Below, in pieces: positions 58,935-64,000 of a stretch of 64,000 nucleotides of DNA (position 1 is its first letter; every line of letters starts with the position of its first letter). The position numbers and the translations under genes are program-made. The stretch is from NCBI GenBank assembly GCA_963801815.1, contig CAWDGJ010000001.1:64001-128000 (forward strand), in the 5' to 3' direction. Origin of the DNA: an uncultured Verrucomicrobiae bacterium (lineage in GTDB: Bacteria > Verrucomicrobiota > Verrucomicrobiia > Chthoniobacterales > UBA10450). Under the pieces are notes generated by a model. It ran no database searches and was not told the origin of the DNA. It saw only the letters and a program-made list of their open reading frames with translations.

Positions 58935-59777
58935 CTACGCCGAGGCTTCGCTCGCCCAAGTCACGGCGTGGGCGCGGACGGGGGTGTCGAACCCCTTGAG
59001 AGAGACTTCGCCGACTTCGTTAAAGGCGAGCGTTTTGCCTGCGCATAATTCCGCGACCGCGTTTGAAACCAGAATCTGTCCTGGTTGCGCTTGCGAACAA
59101 AGACGGGCGGCAAGTTGCACGGTGCAGCCAAATAAATCGTTGTGATGCTCGACTGGCTCGCCCGCCGCGACACCGATTCGAAGTTGAATTGGTTTACCTT
59201 CTTTTCCATGGCTGGCGATGTCCCGTTGGATCTGGGCCGCGCATTTGACGGCGCCCGCCGCGGAAAAGAATGAAGCCATGATGCCGTCGCCGGTGTGTTT
59301 GATCTCACGGCCGCCGACAGCATTCAGAGCATCGCGCACGATTTTGTCGTGCACCTTTAGAAATTCCATGGCCGCTTCATCGCCTATGAGTTGAGTCATC
59401 GAAGTCGAGTCAACAATATCGGTAAACAAAATCGTGCGTATTCCCGGGTCGCGGTCGTGCGCGGTTCCGCCCGGAAACATGACAGCTCCAGCAGTATTGG
59501 TCTCGCTAGCGCCCATAAATAACTCGGCCATTTCCGGTTCGACCTGGATAACTTTCTCCGGCATTAGTCCATGAGCTTCTCGATGAACTTGCTCGGCCGC
59601 TTCAGCGTCGGGTGCGTGACAAAGACAGAAAACTTTGCCGGCTTTTTCATTCACCCAATACTTGTGATACGTCACGCCGTATTTGTCTTGGATGGCAACG
59701 TCCTTGTGGTGCGCGTCGGCGACGTCCTTCGCGGTGACGCCGCCTGGGATTTCATGGATGTCCATGTACGTCGGCAT
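58935..59777 (-). CDS. DUF4242 (SCO4226-like) domain fused to class III adenylate/guanylate cyclase
   Basis: YMDIH..AHHKD..KVFCLCHAP..VHREAHG; ILFTDIVDST, KHTGDG, DLFG.TVQLAARL. Confidence 0.88.
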   Translation of the reverse strand: MPTYMDIHEIPGGVTAKDVADAHHKDVAIQDKYGVTYHKYWVNEKAGKVFCLCHAPDAEAAEQVHREAHGLMPEKVIQVEPEMAELFMGASETNTAGAVMFPGGTAHDRDPGIRTILFTDIVDSTSMTQLIGDEAAMEFLKVHDKIVRDALNAVGGREIKHTGDGIMASFFSAAGAVKCAAQIQRDIASHGKEGKPIQLRIGVAAGEPVEHHNDLFGCTVQLAARLCSQAQPGQILVSNAVAELCAGKTLAFNEVGEVSLKGFDTPVRAHAVTWASEASA

Positions 59778-59814
59778 ACGACATTTGTAAGATAATACCG
59801 TCCTCTCAGCAAAT

Positions 59815-60327
59815 CTACCGCGGCGATACGCGATGGGAAATGTCGATCTGCGGTGGACGGACGAGCGTTTGGTAAACAACGCAATAGCGCTCGGTGAGTT
59901 TCAAAAGAGTCGCGATTTGTTCTTCAGTTGCGTCCGTGTCGAGATCGAATCGCAATCGGACGTGTTGGAATCCAACCGGAACGTCTTTCGAAACGGCGAG
60001 GGTTCCGCGAAAATCGAGGTCGCCTTCCGCGCAAACGGTGGCATCGCGCAGCGGAATCTCGAGCGCGGTTGCCACCGCGCGCAGCGTCACGCCTGCGCAG
60101 GCGACGAGCGATTCCAACAACATGTCTCCCGAGCACGCGCTCAATCCGTTTCCGCCAGTTGCGGGGTGAAGGCCCGCTTCAACGATCGCTTTCCCGGTCG
60201 CGACGTTGCAGGTCACGCCTTCGCCGATTTTTCCTTCGGCGCGAAGGGTGATCATCGCCGACTTTGGTTCGTTTCGATATCGATCCTTGATTGGCGCCTG
60301 CAACGATTTCAGCTCGGCGGCGTCCAT
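59815..60327 (-). CDS. OsmC family protein
   Basis: CSGDMLLESLVACAG, GDLDFRG, ERYCVV. Confidence 0.9.
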   Translation of the reverse strand: MDAAELKSLQAPIKDRYRNEPKSAMITLRAEGKIGEGVTCNVATGKAIVEAGLHPATGGNGLSACSGDMLLESLVACAGVTLRAVATALEIPLRDATVCAEGDLDFRGTLAVSKDVPVGFQHVRLRFDLDTDATEEQIATLLKLTERYCVVYQTLVRPPQIDISHRVSPR

Positions 60328-60330
60328 TGA

Positions 60331-61734
60331 TCAGGCGGCGCGCTTTGCTCCGCTGGGTTTGATGTTTTGGTTCACGCGAAACAGGTTTGTTGGATCGTAT
60401 TTTGTTTTGATTTCAGTAAGACGCTGATAGTTCCCGCCGTAAGTCGCTTTCACCCTCTCCTCGCCCTCCTCCATCATAAAATTTACATACGCGCCGCCGG
60501 CTGAGAAGGGATGCAGCGCATCGAAATAATCTTTCGCCCACTTGGAGATTTTTTCCTTATTCGCGGGATCGGGGTCGACGCCGACCATTACCTGCGCCCA
60601 ATTTGCGTCGCGGTAATTCCAGGCCGTTTCGGTTTTGTCAACCCGCGCCGCCGCGCCATTGATTGGATACATGTGCATCGTTGAATGCATCTTCGGCATC
60701 ATCTGGGCGAACCGCACATGTTGGGCGATCGCGTCGTCGCTCAACTCATTCACAAAATCAGCGCGCCAGTACCATTGCAGTCCCGGCGGATAGATCGGGT
60801 CGAACATGCTTTGCAATGCGGGCTGGGGCAGGGGACCGACGAAATCGAGGGCCGGCTTTTTGAACGCGCGAATCGGTTCGAACATTTTTTCGGCTTCGGA
60901 TTGCGGTTTCGTGCAGCACCAAATAATCCCGCACATCTTTTTCAGGTGAAGATTTTCCGGGAAGGGTGGCCCGGGTGGCACAGTGAGAAACGCAAACCAG
61001 CCGTTGAGATCGTCCGGCGCGTTGAGGATGAACTTTCGGTACCACTTCATCACTTCGGCGGCGTCGCTCAACTCGTAGAACATTGGGCCCGCATAAACGA
61101 TGTCGATCTTGTGGAGCTTGAACGTGAATGCAGTCACCACGCCGAAATTTCCGCCACCGCCGCGAAGGGCCCAGAACAAATCGGGATTCTCGTCCGCGCT
61201 TGCACGAACGAAATTTCCGTTCGCCAACACCACGTCGGCCGAAACGAGATTGTCGATGGTCAATCCGCATTTTCGGGTGAGATGGCCAATTCCGCCGCCG
61301 AGCGTTAGTCCACCGACGCCCGTCGTGGAAATGATTCCGCTTGGCACGGCCATTCCAAAGACGTGGGTGGCATGGTCGACATCGCCCCAGGTACAACCGC
61401 CGCCGACGGTCACGGTTCCCGCCGCCGGATCGACCCGCGTGTATTTGACTGCTGCGAGGTCGATCACCAGACCGTCATCGCAAATCCCAAGACCGCCGGC
61501 GTTGTGCCCGCCGCCGCGAATTGACAGAAGAACCTTGTTTTCACGCGCGAAATTAACGCAGGCAATCACGTCCGCGACGTCGACGCATTTCGCAATCAAC
61601 CGCGGTCGCTTGTCGATCATCGCGTTGTAAACTTTGCGAGCGTCCTCGTAATCCTTGTCGCCCGGTTGGATGATTGAACCCCGCAACTTTCCCTTTAGGT
61701 CGGTTACCGACGTTTCGTTAAGTTGATTACTCAT
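60331..61734 (-). CDS. FAD-binding oxidoreductase (BBE-like)
   Basis: RGGGHN, TGVGGLTLGGG, LFWALRGGGGNFG, YVNF, KYDPTNLF. Confidence 0.93.
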   Translation of the reverse strand: MSNQLNETSVTDLKGKLRGSIIQPGDKDYEDARKVYNAMIDKRPRLIAKCVDVADVIACVNFARENKVLLSIRGGGHNAGGLGICDDGLVIDLAAVKYTRVDPAAGTVTVGGGCTWGDVDHATHVFGMAVPSGIISTTGVGGLTLGGGIGHLTRKCGLTIDNLVSADVVLANGNFVRASADENPDLFWALRGGGGNFGVVTAFTFKLHKIDIVYAGPMFYELSDAAEVMKWYRKFILNAPDDLNGWFAFLTVPPGPPFPENLHLKKMCGIIWCCTKPQSEAEKMFEPIRAFKKPALDFVGPLPQPALQSMFDPIYPPGLQWYWRADFVNELSDDAIAQHVRFAQMMPKMHSTMHMYPINGAAARVDKTETAWNYRDANWAQVMVGVDPDPANKEKISKWAKDYFDALHPFSAGGAYVNFMMEEGEERVKATYGGNYQRLTEIKTKYDPTNLFRVNQNIKPSGAKRAA

Positions 61735-61773
61735 AATGACGAACCACCGTGAAGGAGCTATAATCCATTAGAT

Positions 61774-61998
61774 ATGAAACAGCTTCAACTCGTTGGCTTG
61801 GCGGCTGCTGCCGCCTTCTTGATTGGTTGCGAAACCACAAATCAAACCGCCGGCGTGGGGAATCAGGAGCAAAAACGTCTGGCGCAAATCCAAAGGCAGC
61901 AACAGGAGAGTGCACAGTACACCGAAGAGGACATTAACCTCTGGAACGCGCAAGTGGATGTGTTGGATCGTGGGACCAATCCAGCGATTAAGTTCTAA
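61774..61998 (+). CDS. Small lipoprotein
   Basis: Lipobox LIGC after a hydrophobic stretch. Confidence 0.7.
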   Translation: MKQLQLVGLAAAAAFLIGCETTNQTAGVGNQEQKRLAQIQRQQQESAQYTEEDINLWNAQVDVLDRGTNPAIKF

Positions 61999-62101
61999 GC
62001 CTGATTTCAATCGCGTTTGATGCCGGTCGGGGAGGCAGCCCGTTATCAGCTGTCCATTTTAGGTCTTCTCATTCCAAACGAAGCTCATTAAGCTTTCGAT
62101 C

Positions 62102-62821
62102 ATGAAAACCAAGTATTTCGTTTTGCTCGTGGCGCTTGGCTTCGCCGCCGCCTGCGTGGTGAATGCTCAATCGCCGTCTCCTTCACCGGCGGAATCGCCA
62201 GCCAAACATAAGTCGCACAAAAAAGCGAAAGCGGAAGCTTCTCCGGCAGAAAATGCGTCACCGGCGGCTGCCGAAGCATCACCGTCTCCGGCCAAGAAGT
62301 CCCGCAAGAAAAAGGAAGCCGCGGCTGAAGCTTCTCCGGGGGAAAGCGCGTCACCAGCGGCCGCGGAAGCATCAGCGTCTCCGGCCAAGAAATCGCGCAA
62401 GAAGGCGAAAACGGAGGCTTCTCCAGCGGCAAGCGCATCTCCGGCCGCTGCCGCCCAACCGACCACTCAACCGCTGACCGAACCGGCATCCAAAACTGCG
62501 CGAAAGAAGGCGGCGATGACGACTCCGGCTACTGCGGCACCCACAGCGTCAGCTTCACCGGCAAATAAAACGTTAGCCGATTTATTCAAGCCGAAGACTT
62601 CACCGACGCCGGCGGCAGCTGCTGCTGGTACAAAATCAGAGGCGGTGGCCAAGACAACACCCGCTCCAGGTGGTGGGCCTGGAATGGTTTGGGTAAACAC
62701 CGAAACCAAGGTTTATCACAAGGAAAGCTCTCGGTTTTACGGCCGAACGAAGAAAGGTCAATACATGACCGAGGCCGACGCGATGAAGGCGGGCTACAGA
62801 GCAGCGAAAGGGAACGACTAG
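62102..62821 (+). CDS. Secreted Ala/Ser/Pro/Lys-rich repeat protein with small C-terminal domain
   Basis: Signal peptide; three about 31-aa SPAKK-type repeats; C-terminal VWVNTETKVYH..YG.TK.G.YMTEADA.KAGY. Confidence 0.82.
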   Translation: MKTKYFVLLVALGFAAACVVNAQSPSPSPAESPAKHKSHKKAKAEASPAENASPAAAEASPSPAKKSRKKKEAAAEASPGESASPAAAEASASPAKKSRKKAKTEASPAASASPAAAAQPTTQPLTEPASKTARKKAAMTTPATAAPTASASPANKTLADLFKPKTSPTPAAAAAGTKSEAVAKTTPAPGGGPGMVWVNTETKVYHKESSRFYGRTKKGQYMTEADAMKAGYRAAKGND

Positions 62822-62849
62822 AGAGTCATTTACAATCAAAATTAGAAAG

Positions 62850-62883
62850 CGGCGATGGGCAAAATCCCATCGCCGTTTTCTTT
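62850..62883 (+). terminator. Rho-independent terminator
   Basis: cggcgatggg-caaaat-cccatcgccg followed by ttttcttt. Confidence 0.75.
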
Positions 62884-62989
62884 GCTCACATGTGTCTGCG
62901 GCTCGCGGTGGGAAATTAAGAACAGAGCGTCAGAGGAACAGGACGTTTGGCAATCGGCAATTCTCCGGCATATTGCTGCGCTATTTTTT

Positions 62990-63077
62990 GGTGAGGTGGC
63001 TGAGTGGTTGAAAGCAGCGCTTTGCTAAAGCGCCGTGCCCCAAAAGGGTACCGAGGGTTCGAATCCCTCCCTCACCG
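62990..63077 (+). tRNA. tRNA-Ser (anticodon GCT), CCA not encoded
   Basis: GGTGAGG..GCGCT-TTGCTAA-AGCGC, long variable arm, GGTTCGAATCC..CCTCACCG. Confidence 0.96.
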
Positions 63078-63129
63078 GCTGCCCTAATTATTTTCGTGCA
63101 AACGTTTGCACGGGCCGGCACGCGGTGAG

Positions 63130-63161
63130 GTGGCCGTTGGCTTCATAGCCTTGGTTAGGCT
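63130..63161 (-). mobile_element. attC left-half remnant
   Basis: Minus strand GCCTAAC-caaggctatgaagccaacggcc containing the stop codon of the adjacent ORF. Confidence 0.6.
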
Positions 63162-63487
63162 TCCTTGGGCGGCTTAGGCAAATTGCGCTGCCCCTCGCTC
63201 TTGTCCGACGACTTCGCAACAGAAATGCGATTAACCTGTAACATGACAGCCGCACCGAGAAAGAAAATCAGATACCAGCGCAGATGGAAATGTCGGTGGA
63301 TGGCGTAGAACACAAAAGCTATGCAGAAAATGGCGACGAACCAACGGAAGCTTATGTCGAAGCACAGCGGTGTGCCACATGACGGGCACGGCCAGCTTAC
63401 CCAAATCCAAGGTCGGGCGTAAAGACGCCACCAACTCACGCGGTGGCCGCAAACGGGGCAAGAGTGATGATGGAATTTCGGCTTCAT
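63155..63487 (-). CDS. Cassette-like membrane protein with two CxxC motifs
   Basis: CPVCG, CPSCG, two TM helices; bounded by attC remnants. Confidence 0.65.
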   Translation of the reverse strand: MKPKFHHHSCPVCGHRVSWWRLYARPWIWVSWPCPSCGTPLCFDISFRWFVAIFCIAFVFYAIHRHFHLRWYLIFFLGAAVMLQVNRISVAKSSDKSEGQRNLPKPPKEA

Positions 63488-63497
63488 GCCTGACGGA

Positions 63498-63552
63498 GGC
63501 CTAATGAGAAAGAGATAAGCCACGGGCGGGGTCGGTGGCAAACACGCTGGAG
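63498..63552 (-). mobile_element. attC right-half remnant (GTT mutated to ATT)
   Basis: Minus strand ccagcgtgtttgccacc..cgtggcttatctctttctc-ATTAGGC just before the ORF start. Confidence 0.55.
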
Positions 63553-63863
63553 TTGTATCGCGGATGCTTCGACCGAAGAATGCGCAGGTGATGTCATCCA
63601 ATGGTCTCAAGCTCCCTACCGCTCCGGGCAGACGCAAGTAGCGAGCAATGAAACCAACTGCATTAATATCCGCGAGACTTGCTTGCGGCACGTCGCACAG
63701 GGGCCTTGTGAGCATGTTGTCTGCGCTGTTTCGCAGAACTGTCTTCCGGTCGCGATGTGTCACGTTTCGGCTTTCCGCTCCAAAACCCTCCACCGAAGGC
63801 CTGTTTGCGATTTTGTTTAGGCATCGACGAATATCGGTGGGTTGTCCCGATTTGCCAATGAAC

Positions 63864-63898
63864 GGCAGCCAGCAGTTGGCTGCAGCGATGGTCAGGTG
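63864..63898 (-). mobile_element. attC left-half remnant after a partial ORF at the window end
   Basis: cctgacca-tcgctgcagccaactgctggc resembles cctaaccaatcgctggagccaaccgctggc of the 20394-20517 attC. Confidence 0.5.
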
Positions 63899-64000
63899 CT
63901 ATTTCTGTCGTAACAGAGATCTTTCACGCTCCGCTAACTCAGCCTTGGCTGCTACCCATAGCCGATACTTCAGCATGAGCTTCTCCGAATCTTTTCCGAC

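Noticed and set aside
63488..63793. N-terminal 102 aa of the 212-aa ORF 63155..63793
   Set aside because: Runs through an attC remnant and has no protein-like pattern; the likely start is 63487
1..64000. Numerous long overlapping antisense or alternate-frame ORFs in the track (e.g. 27149..28087, 42671..43399, 14720..15589)
   Set aside because: They shadow well-supported genes and have no motifs; expected in GC-rich coding DNA

Overview
Bacterial chromosomal segment of roughly 55% GC by eye. Gene and repeat style suggests soil Verrucomicrobiota (Spartobacteria/Chthoniobacterales-like); this is inference only. Housekeeping genes: rpmH, rlmN, prs-rplY-pth-rpsF-ssb-dprA-topB-nrdR, tRNA-Lys(CTT) and tRNA-Ser(GCT). 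Other content: two FecR-domain secreted proteins, an Rrf2-controlled porin/sulfonate-type binding protein/HPr unit with tandem operators, an ECF sigma/anti-sigma unit, two desaturase paralogs, a molybdoenzyme cluster, and an almost complete kynurenine (tryptophan catabolism) pathway dispersed over about 25 kb. The best candidate for an undescribed system is a three-gene unit at 51546-53778. It encodes a lipoprotein carrying six tandem (T/G)SST motifs, an SdpA/DUF5819-like protein and an SdpB/HTTM-like membrane protein, and lies in a block bounded by 15-bp direct repeats. The window is also rich in small mobile-type DNA: solo integron cassettes and attC remnants at three loci, several REP/REPIN families, heptamer-repeat hairpins, and palindromes inserted in frame inside genes. 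Many genes, including the essential prs, carry apparent single-base frameshifts, most likely sequencing or assembly indels.
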